Positions 44,926-55,651 are shown, counted from the first letter of the stretch. The stretch: 64,000 nucleotides of DNA from Erysipelotrichales bacterium (GCA_022508535.1 JAFLUZ010000007.1:6731-70730); one strand, 5' to 3'. The notes: a model not told the origin generated them from the letters alone. A program made the numbers and translations.

Positions 44926-46203
44926 ATGTTTATCGATAAAGCAACTATTGAAGTGCGTGCTGGTAATGGCGGTAATGGAATGATTGCCTTCCATCGTGAA
45001 AAATATATCTCCCGTGGTGGTCCAAGTGGGGGTAATGGCGGAAGAGGCGGTTCTATTATTTTTCGTGCTTCTAAAAGTGTTTCTACATTAATGAACTTCC
45101 GTCATTCAAAATGCATTATTGCCAAAGATGGCGAAAAAGGCATGGGAAAAAATCAGTACGGAAAAAGTGCCGATGATGTCGTTGTTGAACTTCCAATTGG
45201 TACTGTAGTGTTTGATGAAAAAACAAAGGAATTTATTTGTGATTTATCAGAAGATGGTAAAGAATTTGTTGTCGCTCATGGTGGTCGTGGAGGAAGAGGT
45301 AATGCTTGCTTTAAATCACCAGTTAATCGTACTCCTCGAATTGCTGAAAATGGTATACCTGGTGAAAAGAAAAGATTAATTCTTGAATTAAAACTTTTAG
45401 CTGATGTTGGATTTGTTGGTTTCCCAAGTGTTGGAAAATCGACATTACTAAGCATTATTTCAGCAGCAAAACCAGAAATTGGTGATTATGATTTTACAAC
45501 TATTGTTCCAAATCTTGGTGTAGTTAGAGTAGGAGATGGAAGAAGCTTTGTTGCGGCTGATTTACCTGGTTTAATTGAGGGTGCTCACCTAGGAAAAGGA
45601 TTAGGCTTACAATTTTTACGTCATATTGAAAGATGCCGTGTTATCGTCCATATTATCGATATGTCAGGTGTAAGAGATCCTTATGATGACTATAAAAAAA
45701 TTAATAAAGAGCTTAAAGAATATGGTTATGGTTTAAGTAAAAGACCTGTTATAATCGTTGCTTCTAAAATGGATGAAGAAGGAGCAGAAGAACGATTAAA
45801 AGCACTTAAAAAACATATTAGAAAACCAATCATTGGAATATCAGCATTAACAAATGAAAATGTTGATTTGCTATGTTATAAAATCGCTGATTTACTTGAT
45901 AAGACACCAATGTTTAATTTATATAATGAAGATAACATTGAAGCAGGTGTTAAAGTATATGAAGCTAAAGCAGATGAAAATGATGAATTTGAAATCTTTA
46001 GAAAAGATAATCATACATTTGTTATTAAAGGTGAAAGAATTGAAAGAACTTATAGTTTAATTAATCTTTCAACTGATGAAGGAATCTTAAAATTATTAAA
46101 CTATATGCGAAAAATTGGTGTTGATGATCGCTTAAGAATGATGGGCGCAAAAGATGGAGACACAGTCATTCTTTGTGACTTTGAATTCGAATATATTGCC
46201 TAG
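44926..46203 (+). CDS. obg: GTPase Obg
   Basis: Gly-rich Obg fold (GGNGGRGGS), G1 motif GFPSVGKST and a C-terminal OCT-like domain. ATG 44926 has a GAGGTGA SD. Confidence 0.96.
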   Translation: MFIDKATIEVRAGNGGNGMIAFHREKYISRGGPSGGNGGRGGSIIFRASKSVSTLMNFRHSKCIIAKDGEKGMGKNQYGKSADDVVVELPIGTVVFDEKTKEFICDLSEDGKEFVVAHGGRGGRGNACFKSPVNRTPRIAENGIPGEKKRLILELKLLADVGFVGFPSVGKSTLLSIISAAKPEIGDYDFTTIVPNLGVVRVGDGRSFVAADLPGLIEGAHLGKGLGLQFLRHIERCRVIVHIIDMSGVRDPYDDYKKINKELKEYGYGLSKRPVIIVASKMDEEGAEERLKALKKHIRKPIIGISALTNENVDLLCYKIADLLDKTPMFNLYNEDNIEAGVKVYEAKADENDEFEIFRKDNHTFVIKGERIERTYSLINLSTDEGILKLLNYMRKIGVDDRLRMMGAKDGDTVILCDFEFEYIA

Positions 46204-46214
46204 GAGAAAACAAT

Positions 46215-46952
46215 ATGAAACTTGAAGAATATTTAAAAGTTATTGAACGATTTTTAAAAGATAAACTTGTTGAAACTAAAATGTCTGGTTATGTCTTAGG
46301 TGTATCAGGGGGAATAGATTCTGCGCTTGTTTTAGCATTAGCTAAAAGAGCAGTAGGTGAAAAGATATTTGGACTTATTATGCCTTGTGAATCGCATGAA
46401 TCTGACGCTAACGACGCAATTGAATTATTAGAAAAGTTTAATGTCGAATATATAACAGTTGATTTAACTAGTACTTTTCAAAAAATGGCTATTGAATTAG
46501 AAAAAAGTTATGGTCATCCTCTTGATAAAATGGCAAGAGCGAATATTAAAGTTCGCTTAAGAATGGTTACTTTATATGCAATTGGACAAACTCGTAATTC
46601 TTTAGTACTTGGTACTGATAATTTAGACGAGGCTTATACAGGTTACTTTACAAAATATGGCGATGGTGGAGTAGATTTACTCCCTATTGCTGAATTAACT
46701 AAGTCTGAAGTATTTGAAGCAAGCCGAATCTTAGGTGTTACAGAGGCGATATTGAATCGTAAACCTAGTGCTGGTTTATTTGTTGGACAAACTGATGAAA
46801 TGGAACTTGGTGTTACATATGAGGAATTAGATAATTACCTTTTAGGTAAAGAAGTGCCGGAATCAGTTAAGGTGCGTATTGAGCATCTCCATAAAGTATC
46901 AGCACATAAAAGAGAGCCAATACCTAAGCCAACAAAATTTATAAGAGACTAG
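46215..46952 (+). CDS. nadE: NH3-dependent NAD+ synthetase
   Basis: PP-loop SGGIDSA; size about 245 aa. Confidence 0.9.
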   Translation: MKLEEYLKVIERFLKDKLVETKMSGYVLGVSGGIDSALVLALAKRAVGEKIFGLIMPCESHESDANDAIELLEKFNVEYITVDLTSTFQKMAIELEKSYGHPLDKMARANIKVRLRMVTLYAIGQTRNSLVLGTDNLDEAYTGYFTKYGDGGVDLLPIAELTKSEVFEASRILGVTEAILNRKPSAGLFVGQTDEMELGVTYEELDNYLLGKEVPESVKVRIEHLHKVSAHKREPIPKPTKFIRD

Positions 46953-46968
46953 CTTGCTAGTCTTTTTT
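46946..46968 (+). terminator. intrinsic terminator after nadE
   Basis: AGACTAG-CTTG-CTAGTCT followed by T6. Confidence 0.8.
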
Positions 46969-47006
46969 GCTATTGCTTTTTGTTTTTAATTAAATATAAT
47001 ATAAAT

Positions 47007-47077
47007 GGTATTGAAACCAGGCACATTACTATAGGATGTGCCCACCCATAAGCAATTGTTTATGGGATTTTTATTTT
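47007..47077 (+). ncRNA. candidate orphan small RNA (two hairpins, the second a terminator)
   Basis: TATAAT at 46995-47000. Hairpins GGCACAT/ATGTGCC and CCCATAA/TTATGGG, followed by ATTTTTATTTT. No ORF with an SD inside. Confidence 0.3.
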
Positions 47078-47170
47078 GTCAAATTAATTTTGTAATTAAA
47101 TAAAATTTAAAGTATAATTTTTTAATTTAAAACTATTTTTGAATAGTCTATAATAATTAATGGTGATATC

Positions 47171-47269
47171 ATGAACGATAAGAATAAGGTTAATCCGATA
47201 ATTTTTGCATTATTACTCAGTGCTTTTATTATCATTCTTATCATTATTTTTGTCATTTTAATAAATTGA
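47171..47269 (+). CDS. 32-aa hydrophobic sORF: MNDKNKVNPIIFALLLSAFIIILIIIFVILIN
   Basis: ATG preceded by GGTGA (4-nt spacer). Single TM helix. Stop lies 12 nt before ruvA, and a TTGTAA-17-TATAAT promoter lies upstream. Not in the ORF track. Confidence 0.35.
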   Translation: MNDKNKVNPIIFALLLSAFIIILIIIFVILIN

Positions 47270-47281
47270 GGTGATTAATTA

Positions 47282-47839
47282 ATGTTTTATGCATTAAAAG
47301 GATATGTAGATTTAATCAAATCTGACTATATTGTTTTAGATGTTCACGACGTTTCATATCAATTATCTGTCGCGCATCCTGAAGAATACGCGCTTGATGA
47401 ACTAGTAAAAGTTTATACATATTATGTAGTACGCGAAGATGAACAATATTTAGTTGGATTTAAAGATTTAGAAGAAAAAGAAATATTCCTTCGCTTAATC
47501 AGTGTCAAAGGAATTGGACCTAGAACCGCAATAAATGCTTTAAGTAAAACAACTCCAACTCAACTAAAAGAAGCAATTAGAGGATCAAATGTTGCCTATT
47601 TAAAGAAACTACCAGGAATTGGAGCAAAAGCCGCGGCGCAAATTATTTTAGATTTAAAAGGTGAAGTATCATTAGAAGATGCTCATGATATTGGAATGAC
47701 TCCTCAAGCTCTCGATGCTAAAGAAGCTCTAAAGAGCTTAGGCTTTAAAGTAACTCAAATTGATGAAGCATTTAGAAAACTCAATTTAGATCAAGATACA
47801 TCAACTATTATTCGTGATGCCTTACAGATTTTGGGGTGA
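47282..47839 (+). CDS. ruvA: Holliday junction helicase subunit RuvA
   Basis: OB N-domain and HhH motifs (VKGIGPRTA, LPGIGAKAA). Confidence 0.95.
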   Translation: MFYALKGYVDLIKSDYIVLDVHDVSYQLSVAHPEEYALDELVKVYTYYVVREDEQYLVGFKDLEEKEIFLRLISVKGIGPRTAINALSKTTPTQLKEAIRGSNVAYLKKLPGIGAKAAAQIILDLKGEVSLEDAHDIGMTPQALDAKEALKSLGFKVTQIDEAFRKLNLDQDTSTIIRDALQILG

Positions 47840-47843
47840 TTAG

Positions 47844-48845
47844 ATGGATAGATTATTAGATGCTAGTAGAACTAGTGATGATATTGGTGAAGTATCACTT
47901 CGCCCACAAGTTTTAACTGAATATATCGGACAAAAAGATTTAAAAGATAATTTAACAGTTTTCATTGGTGCAGCATTAAAACGTAATGAAACGTTAGATC
48001 ATGTATTATTATATGGCCCACCAGGCTTAGGTAAAACTACATTAGCCTATATTATCGCAAATGAAATGCATGGTGAAATTACTGTTGTAAATGGTCCTGC
48101 TATTGAAAAAACGGGAGATTTAGCTTCTATTTTAACGAAGTTAAAACCAGGAGATATTTTATTTATTGATGAGATACACCGCCTTCCTCGAGTTGTTGAA
48201 GAAGTTCTTTATAGTGCTATGGAAGATTTTATGCTCTCAATCGTTGTTCAAAGAGATGCGGGAGCCAAAACAATTAATGTTCCAATTCCTCCATTTACTT
48301 TAGTAGGTGCTACTACAAGAGCAGGTGACTTATCATCTCCACTTCGTGCAAGATTCGGCATTATGGAAAAACTAAATTTTTATACGATTGATGAGATTAA
48401 AGACATTGTTAATCGTACAGCACGAGTATTTCAAACAACTATTGATGAAGAAGCATGTACTGAAATTGCCAAAAGATCAAGAGGTACCCCTCGTATTGCC
48501 AATAGACTTTTCCGACGTGTAAGAGATTTTGCAAACTTTAGAGGTGAAGATCATATTACAAGTGATGATGCAATCGCAGCTTTAAACGCATTAAAAGTTG
48601 ATTCACTTGGCTTAGATGATGTAGATATTAAGTATTTAAACACTGTTATTGAACGCTTTAAAGGTGGTCCGGTTGGACTTGAATCTTTAGCAGCGGCAAT
48701 AGGAGAAGAGTCCATGAATTTAGAAGATGTTTATGAACCATATTTACTTCAACTTGGTTTAATTGATCGTACACCACGTGGAAGAATTGCTACACCACTT
48801 GCTTACAAGCATTTAAAAAAGGATCACCAAGGATCCTTATTCTAG
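47844..48845 (+). CDS. ruvB: Holliday junction helicase RuvB
   Basis: Walker [10 protein letters not shown], Walker B FIDEIH, and [10 protein letters not shown]. Confidence 0.98.
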   Translation: MDRLLDASRTSDDIGEVSLRPQVLTEYIGQKDLKDNLTVFIGAALKRNETLDHVLLYGPPGLGKTTLAYIIANEMHGEITVVNGPAIEKTGDLASILTKLKPGDILFIDEIHRLPRVVEEVLYSAMEDFMLSIVVQRDAGAKTINVPIPPFTLVGATTRAGDLSSPLRARFGIMEKLNFYTIDEIKDIVNRTARVFQTTIDEEACTEIAKRSRGTPRIANRLFRRVRDFANFRGEDHITSDDAIAALNALKVDSLGLDDVDIKYLNTVIERFKGGPVGLESLAAAIGEESMNLEDVYEPYLLQLGLIDRTPRGRIATPLAYKHLKKDHQGSLF

Positions 48846-49210
48846 TTTTCTTTATTAAGATTAACACCTATTACAGAGCCAGAAATTATGAGTAGGGCTC
48901 GTACAATATTTACTATTGTGGTATGAGTTGTCCATTCTTTACCCTCAAGTAAATAATAAACTAGAAGAAATAAACCATATATTAATGCAAGGACTAGGCC
49001 GTTAACTAGTCCTTTTGTTTTGGATTTTCTTCCATATATCAAACCAAACAAGAAGAAGACAATGAAACTTACAATCATGATAATAATTGATGTCGCATTA
49101 GAACTTAAAACACCAGTTGAAGAAAGAATTGTGAGAATTAAAGAAAATACTAAAGTTACAATAAAAAGCAAAAATATGGATACACTAATGTTTGATAAAT
49201 ATTTTTTCAT
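48842..49210 (-). CDS. small polytopic membrane protein (YrzE-like)
   Basis: 4 predicted TM helices. ATG 49210 has a GAGGTG SD. Neighbourhood matches the Bacillus yrzE/yrbG/spoVB region. Confidence 0.6.
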   Translation of the reverse strand: MKKYLSNISVSIFLLFIVTLVFSLILTILSSTGVLSSNATSIIIMIVSFIVFFLFGLIYGRKSKTKGLVNGLVLALIYGLFLLVYYLLEGKEWTTHTTIVNIVRALLIISGSVIGVNLNKEN

Positions 49211-49265
49211 AGCTAGCACCTCACTAGGTTATATGCATGATTATTAAATTTTAGAAGGAGAAATT

Positions 49266-49907
49266 ATGACTTTTAATGAAATTATTAATGTTATTTTAAA
49301 AACAATAGTTAGTTATATATTTTTACTCGCTATTCTTAAAGTGATGGGGAAAAGAGAAATTGGTAAAGTGTCGACATTTGATATTGTTGTATTCTTTGTA
49401 ATTTCAGAATTATTTTCTTTATCGTTAAATGAGCCAGAGATGTCGATTTTACATTCAGTTATACCAATTACTGTCATTGTAATATTGCAGCTCATATCGG
49501 CGTTTTTATCACTTAAATCAAGTAAAGCAAGGCAACTATTAGAAGGAAAAACAAGCTACATTATTTATAACGGAGAAATACAACAAGAAGTGATGAAAAA
49601 AGAACGTTACACAATTGAAGATTTGATGGTTCAACTACGTACTAAAGATATTCAATCACCTGACGAAGTAAGTTTTGCAATTTTAGAAGATAATGGGACA
49701 CTCAACGTCATTACTAAAGAAGATTGTAATGTCATGGATCCTGAGCCATTAATAAGTGATGGAAAGATTGTTAAACATACCTTAGATCGCTTATCAAGAG
49801 ATGAGAATTGGCTTAATGACGAATTAAAAAAGAAAGATATTCATTCGATAAAAGATGTTTTCATGTGTCTTGCTTTAAAAAACGATCTTCTCGTTGTGAA
49901 AAAATAG
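49266..49907 (+). CDS. DUF421/YetF-type (YrbG-like) membrane protein
   Basis: N-terminal TM helices plus a C-terminal YetF-like soluble domain (pattern ...ILEDNGTLNVI...). Confidence 0.65.
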   Translation: MTFNEIINVILKTIVSYIFLLAILKVMGKREIGKVSTFDIVVFFVISELFSLSLNEPEMSILHSVIPITVIVILQLISAFLSLKSSKARQLLEGKTSYIIYNGEIQQEVMKKERYTIEDLMVQLRTKDIQSPDEVSFAILEDNGTLNVITKEDCNVMDPEPLISDGKIVKHTLDRLSRDENWLNDELKKKDIHSIKDVFMCLALKNDLLVVKK

Positions 49908-51203
49908 ACGATCAAAGACAAAGAATCCATTAATTATAACATCGATTAATACTGAAACAATTGTCGCAAGAGCGACAGAATTAACTTGTAAAGTTTTAGT
50001 AAACACTAATAAGATAACAATGCGAATTATACAACTTATAGTTGTAGCATAAAATGCTTTAGTTGTTAGATTTAAAGCGTGCATGGCTGAGGCAATTGGG
50101 GCTTCAATATAATAAATAACAAAAGGGAATGCGAGTATTTTTACAAGTTCAAATCCTTCATCTGTCCCATAAAGTATCAGCATTAATTTATCGCCAAATA
50201 TAAAGAATATTAGTGAAAAGAATAAACCTGTCAAACTAGAGATGAAAAACATTTTTTTAAATTTGCTTTTGGCATCTCTATAATTTTTTTGACCAATGCT
50301 TTTTGACATATTTGGTAATAAATAATTAGCAAAAGAAGTTGCAAAGAAACCTGGCATTAATAAAAGTGGCATGACATATCCGGATAACAGTCCATAATCA
50401 TGAGTTAATACTTCAACGGTATATCCATATTTAAGCATTAAGTTTGAGATAATAATTGATTCAAGAAAGTAAGTAACTGAGCCGATGAGACGCGACAAAG
50501 TTAATGGAAACGACAGTTTTAAAATATTTTTTGATTCGTCAAATCTGTTTTTCATCTTTATTGCCATTAACTCATTAACACGAAGATATAATCTTCGGTT
50601 ATTAAAAAATATCATATATAAACTTTGAAATATCTCGCCGATACAAACACCAATCATCGCACCAAATGAGCCAAAATTTGCACCTTTACTAGCGAATGAT
50701 TCTAAGAAAAAAATTATAAATAGAATGCGGCCTACTTCCTCCATAATAGTAGATGTAGAGGTAAGTTCGATCTCATTCATTCCTAAGAAGAAACCTTTAA
50801 TAATTGCTGAAAGACTCACTAATGGAATTAATAATGCTAATGCGTATAATGTAAGCTCTATATCAGGGTTTTTTAAAATGTTTATCGCGATTACTTTTGA
50901 TAAACTAATGACTAATATCATCATAACAACAGAGATAATAAAAGAAATTGTAATTCCTGAAATCAAAATTGTTTTTGCTCTGTTCCTATGTCTACTTACT
51001 AGTGTTGCCATTGCAGTTGGTAGACCAAATTGCGACAAAGTAATAACAAGAAGCATACATGGAGAGGCTAACTGATATAGGCCCATTGCATCAATTCCAA
51101 TAGTCCGTGTTGTAAGGACTCTAGCGAGTGTCGAAAGCACTTTGGCAATAAATCCAAGGGATAGTAAGAGTAAAATTGTATTAATAGAGCGATTTTTATT
51201 CAT
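49875..51203 (-). CDS. spoVB: MOP-superfamily flippase, SpoVB/MurJ-like
   Basis: About 12-14 TM helices. Position next to secDF matches Bacillus spoVB. Confidence 0.65.
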   Translation of the reverse strand: MNKNRSINTILLLLSLGFIAKVLSTLARVLTTRTIGIDAMGLYQLASPCMLLVITLSQFGLPTAMATLVSRHRNRAKTILISGITISFIISVVMMILVISLSKVIAINILKNPDIELTLYALALLIPLVSLSAIIKGFFLGMNEIELTSTSTIMEEVGRILFIIFFLESFASKGANFGSFGAMIGVCIGEIFQSLYMIFFNNRRLYLRVNELMAIKMKNRFDESKNILKLSFPLTLSRLIGSVTYFLESIIISNLMLKYGYTVEVLTHDYGLLSGYVMPLLLMPGFFATSFANYLLPNMSKSIGQKNYRDAKSKFKKMFFISSLTGLFFSLIFFIFGDKLMLILYGTDEGFELVKILAFPFVIYYIEAPIASAMHALNLTTKAFYATTISCIIRIVILLVFTKTLQVNSVALATIVSVLIDVIINGFFVFDRLFFHNEKIVF

Positions 51204-51346
51204 TTTTTCTTTCCAATTCTTGCAATAATAGTAAAAAAGTAGTAAAGTAGTAAAGCACAGTATATTTATATTAAATATAACTTGTCGTTATGAGTAAAAA
51301 ATTGGCTTAAATTACAAAAGTGCAATTCGTTTGGAGGAATTAATAT

Positions 51347-53929
51347 ATGCGTAGATTTATTGCTTTTCTAATTTTAGCGATTTCAGTCATGTTAGGAATC
51401 GGATTTGCGACACCTGGTATGATGAAGACTGCTAATCTATCACTCGATTATACTTCTGGAAAGGAATTCGTTTATTCAGTAGAAAGAAAATCTGAAGAAG
51501 ATGCATCTAATATTGCTGACAAAGAAATGAATGAACTTGCTAATGAACTATCTGCACGTTTAGACGCTGCTGATGTTAGCCGTTATCAAGTAATTGTTGA
51601 AGGTCACGATCAAATTAGAGTTCAAGTATCAGCTGACTACAATGACAAATATGAACACATCAAACGTTTAATGAGCTTTGACTCAAAATTCACTTTAGCT
51701 ACTAGTGATTCTGACGTTGCTTATTATCTTGATGGTGAAACAGCATTTGGTACTAATAAGGCTCGTGTTGATTATAAAAAAGATAACCCTCAACCATACT
51801 TTGTTATCCCTCTTCGTAATGATTCTTCAGTTAAACAAAAATTAACTACAATTATTGAACATGCTAGTTCTCTAAGCTCTGGTAGTAGTGAAGAAGGAGA
51901 AGTAGATCCAGTTGGACAAATTCTTCTTTGGTCAGATTTTGATCCTGAAGTAGATAGTTGGAGCGAAGCAATAAAAGAAGGCAATGAGGATATGAAAGCT
52001 CGTGTCTTATGCATGTTTGATCCTAATGATCCTTATTTCAACGAAGATAAAACTGAGCTTGCTGTTGCAGTTAAGGAACATGAAATTACATCTGCAACTG
52101 CATATGCCTTAAATTCTGATGTTGCTAAAACTTATGTTGATTTATTTAATGCTAAATCAACAGATTTAAAATTAACATTCATGTTTGAGCAATATATTGA
52201 TCCATTAGCTGAATCATTTATTAGCTATGGAAAACCAAACACATTATCATTCTCTCGTACATTACTTGCATTATGTATTGCCTTAATTCTAGTTTCTGTG
52301 TTTATGATAGTCTTCTATCGTTTACAAGGTTTAAATGCAATTATTAATATGCTTGTGACATTGTTTGCAACATTTGCTTTATTTAATGCAGTAGGCATGA
52401 TATTCAATGTCGGTGCACTTGTTGGATTAATTGTCATTTCTATGATGTCACTTATTTCCTCAATCATTTATATTGAATCATTCAAAAATGAAGTCTATCG
52501 TGGTCGTAGCTTGAAGAAAGCTAACCAAGAAGCACATAAGAGAACATTCGCTTCATTAATTGATACTCACTTAGTAATCTTACTTGCCTCACTTGCAACA
52601 TATTTCGTAGGACATAGTGCTATTCAATCATTAGCAATTCTCGGTGTTGCTGGAAGCTTAATTAGCTTTGTTATTAGTATTACATTAAATCGTGGAATGG
52701 CTTGGTTACTCACAAATGACACATCACTTCAAAAGAAATATTCAGCATTTGGTATTAACAAAAATGTAATCCCTGATATTTCTAAAGAAGAAAAACAATC
52801 ATACTATGGACCATTCGAAAAAGTTGATTTCACTAAGAAATCTAAGAGAAATGGACTTGGTGTATGTATTGCTACTGGTATATTTGTCTTAGCAATGATT
52901 GGATTTGGCGTATTTGGTAACGGTGTTATAAATAATTCAAAAGGTGTTGAATTCACCCGTGCTTATTATGTCTTAAATGAATATGGTGAAACTATCCGTG
53001 ATAATAATAAAGAAATTAGCATTGAATATTTTGAAGAAAATTTAAAAGCTGCAGATATTAAATATTCAAGTATTAATGTCTATGAAAGTACTGATCCTGA
53101 AGATAAAGAAACAACAATTTATTACTATGTTGTTGATTTCAAAGGAAAAGTTGATCTTAAAAAAGAAGTTGAAACTTCAAATGGAAAAACAACTTTAGAA
53201 GATTATATGTGGTCTATTATCAATGTTGATGATAGTGAAATTGATAGTTTATCTTTCAAAGATGTTCGTCAAGTTGGCATAAACCCAATTATCAAAGTAA
53301 CTCAACCTGCTTTGGAAAGTGTTTTAATTGCAACAGCAATTGTCGCAGGACTTGGTGCAATATATGTTGCAGTAAGATTTGGCTTAAATAAAGGTCTTGT
53401 AACATTAGCTACAACTATTTTATCAACATTCTTACCACTTGGCTTCTTCAGTTTAACAAGAATTGAAGTTGTCCCTGCAACATTTGTCGGATTAATAAGT
53501 ATTGCTCTTATCAATGTCTTATTTACAATTATTCATGCTTCTAAAGCTAAAGAAGTACTTGCTGAAAAGAGAAATGAAGAAGTTTCAATTCTTGATAATA
53601 GTGTTCGTTCGACAAGCTTAAGTGCTGCACCATTACTTGCTTCTGGAATTATTGCTGCATATCTTGCTCTTGATTTCTTAGCATTTGGTCATCCAGCATT
53701 CAACACAACATTCGTAGTATTAATTCTTGGTGTACTTGTGAGTGTTATGATAAACTTAACATTATTCACATCTGCACATTTATTCTTAGATAAACATCTT
53801 GGTTCACTTAACATTCGTTTACCTAAACGTAAAGCTAAAGAAGAAAAGAGAAAACTTGGAAATCTTAAAGGAAATAAAAAGGATTCTGGCGAACCAGAAG
53901 AAGCTTTATATCCTGGAATTAACGACTAA
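51347..53929 (+). CDS. secDF: fused protein-export membrane protein SecDF
   Basis: Two periplasmic-type domains alternating with 6+6 TM helices; secDF-recJ-apt-relA order. Confidence 0.9.
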   Translation: MRRFIAFLILAISVMLGIGFATPGMMKTANLSLDYTSGKEFVYSVERKSEEDASNIADKEMNELANELSARLDAADVSRYQVIVEGHDQIRVQVSADYNDKYEHIKRLMSFDSKFTLATSDSDVAYYLDGETAFGTNKARVDYKKDNPQPYFVIPLRNDSSVKQKLTTIIEHASSLSSGSSEEGEVDPVGQILLWSDFDPEVDSWSEAIKEGNEDMKARVLCMFDPNDPYFNEDKTELAVAVKEHEITSATAYALNSDVAKTYVDLFNAKSTDLKLTFMFEQYIDPLAESFISYGKPNTLSFSRTLLALCIALILVSVFMIVFYRLQGLNAIINMLVTLFATFALFNAVGMIFNVGALVGLIVISMMSLISSIIYIESFKNEVYRGRSLKKANQEAHKRTFASLIDTHLVILLASLATYFVGHSAIQSLAILGVAGSLISFVISITLNRGMAWLLTNDTSLQKKYSAFGINKNVIPDISKEEKQSYYGPFEKVDFTKKSKRNGLGVCIATGIFVLAMIGFGVFGNGVINNSKGVEFTRAYYVLNEYGETIRDNNKEISIEYFEENLKAADIKYSSINVYESTDPEDKETTIYYYVVDFKGKVDLKKEVETSNGKTTLEDYMWSIINVDDSEIDSLSFKDVRQVGINPIIKVTQPALESVLIATAIVAGLGAIYVAVRFGLNKGLVTLATTILSTFLPLGFFSLTRIEVVPATFVGLISIALINVLFTIIHASKAKEVLAEKRNEEVSILDNSVRSTSLSAAPLLASGIIAAYLALDFLAFGHPAFNTTFVVLILGVLVSVMINLTLFTSAHLFLDKHLGSLNIRLPKRKAKEEKRKLGNLKGNKKDSGEPEEALYPGIND

Positions 53930-53935
53930 TTATAA

Positions 53936-53958
53936 AGACTGCCTAGTGCAGTCTTTTT
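53936..53958 (+). terminator. intrinsic terminator after secDF
   Basis: AGACTGC-CTAGT-GCAGTCT followed by T5. Confidence 0.75.
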
Positions 53959-53977
53959 GCTAAAAAGGTATAATTTT

Positions 53978-55552
53978 ATGAATTTTAAAGAAAAAGTTTT
54001 AAATTATTTTAATTTAAATGAGGAAGAATATAAGTATTTAACAAGAAGTATTGATGATTTATCACTACCATCTTTTGATAACTTTCAAGACATGAATAAG
54101 GCAAATGAAATTATTAAAAAAAGCGTTGCTAGTGGAGAAAAAATCGTTATTTATGGTGACTATGATTGCGATGGAATTATGGCAACATCAATTCTTGTTA
54201 AGTGTTTTCAAATGCTTGATGTTAAAGTTGGATACTATATTCCATCACGTTATATTGATGGCTATGGCTTAAATGAAAAAAGAGTTCATGATTTCTATGA
54301 GAAAGGATATAAACTCATTATCACTGTTGATAATGGCATTGCCCAATTTGACGCAATTAAAAAGGCAAATGAGCTAGGAATGAAGGTGATTGTGACTGAT
54401 CATCATGAAATGCAAGATAAATTACCAGAAGCTGAAGTCGTTTTACATCCATTAGTCTCAAATTATGGTGAAGTAGTATGTTGTGGAGCATATGTTGCTT
54501 TTATGTTAGCAAGTAAATTATTAAATCGTTATGATGAATATTTACTATCATTAGCAAGTATTGCGACAATCTCAGATATGATGCAATTAAAGGCATATAA
54601 TCGCGATATTGTGCGTCTAGGCATTAATATGATGAATAAGAACAAATACCGTAATATTACTCTTTTAACTGATAACGATATAATTGATGAAAATACTATT
54701 GGAATGAAAATCGCTCCTAAAATTAACGCAATAGGGCGAATGGTAGAAAATACGTCAGTTAATGTCTTAATAGAATTTATGACAACTAGCAATATTGAAC
54801 GATTAGAATATTTAGCAAATTTCATTAATGACACCAACGAAAAACGAAAAAAATTAACCAAAGATACTGCAGGCAATGTTGATGTTGATTTAACTAAACA
54901 CTCTATCGTTCTCGTCACTGATTTAAAAGAAGGAATTATTGGATTACTTGCTAATAATTTATTAAATAAGTATAAAAAACCAACGATTATACTTACTAAA
55001 GATGCACATGATGAATCAATTTTAAAAGGTAGTGCACGTTCTAAAAGAGGGCTCGCTATTAACGAATTTTTACTTGAAAATAAAGATATCCTAATTACAA
55101 GTGGTGGGCATGAACAAGCTGGAGGACTTTCCTTATATATTAATGATTTAGATGATTTTATTTATCGATTTGAAGAATATGCTAAAACACATCCTTTTTT
55201 AGAAGAAAAAGAAGATTATCTTGAGATATCAATAACGGATATTAATGAAGATAATTACAAATTCTTGCGATCACTTGCACCTTTTGGTGAAGGTTTTAAA
55301 TTGCCACTTTTAAAAATAAGTGATATTAAAGTAAGCTCACTTGCTTATTCAAAATCTCGCTTACATATATTATATCCATTATCGGTTAATCAAAAGATTG
55401 TGGGATTTAACTATTCTAAAGATTTATTAAGTAATTACGATTATATTGATATATATGGAGAATTAGGTTATTCCGTATTTAATGGAAAAGAAAGTTTTGA
55501 TTTTAACATTAAAAGAATATGTGATAAAAGCGATATGATAATTTCCATATAA
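53978..55552 (+). CDS. recJ: single-stranded-DNA exonuclease RecJ (short form)
   Basis: DHH motifs (IYGDYDCDG, VDNG, TDHH) and DHHA1 (GGHEQAGG). The track start at 53957 lies inside the secDF terminator. Confidence 0.9.
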   Translation: MNFKEKVLNYFNLNEEEYKYLTRSIDDLSLPSFDNFQDMNKANEIIKKSVASGEKIVIYGDYDCDGIMATSILVKCFQMLDVKVGYYIPSRYIDGYGLNEKRVHDFYEKGYKLIITVDNGIAQFDAIKKANELGMKVIVTDHHEMQDKLPEAEVVLHPLVSNYGEVVCCGAYVAFMLASKLLNRYDEYLLSLASIATISDMMQLKAYNRDIVRLGINMMNKNKYRNITLLTDNDIIDENTIGMKIAPKINAIGRMVENTSVNVLIEFMTTSNIERLEYLANFINDTNEKRKKLTKDTAGNVDVDLTKHSIVLVTDLKEGIIGLLANNLLNKYKKPTIILTKDAHDESILKGSARSKRGLAINEFLLENKDILITSGGHEQAGGLSLYINDLDDFIYRFEEYAKTHPFLEEKEDYLEISITDINEDNYKFLRSLAPFGEGFKLPLLKISDIKVSSLAYSKSRLHILYPLSVNQKIVGFNYSKDLLSNYDYIDIYGELGYSVFNGKESFDFNIKRICDKSDMIISI

Positions 55553-55651
55553 TAAATTAAGGCACATAAGAAATTATGTGCTTTTTATTTGTTTTATTTA
55601 ATATTTTATTAATTTAATTATTAGTTTATAATAATTAATAGGTGATTAGAT

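Noticed and set aside
51239-51255. Tandem GTAGTAAA-GTAGTAAA repeat in the spoVB/secDF divergent promoter region.
   Set aside because: There are only two 8-nt units in AT-rich intergenic DNA. They have no inverted partner and no similarity to other parts of the window, so I cannot support a regulatory call.
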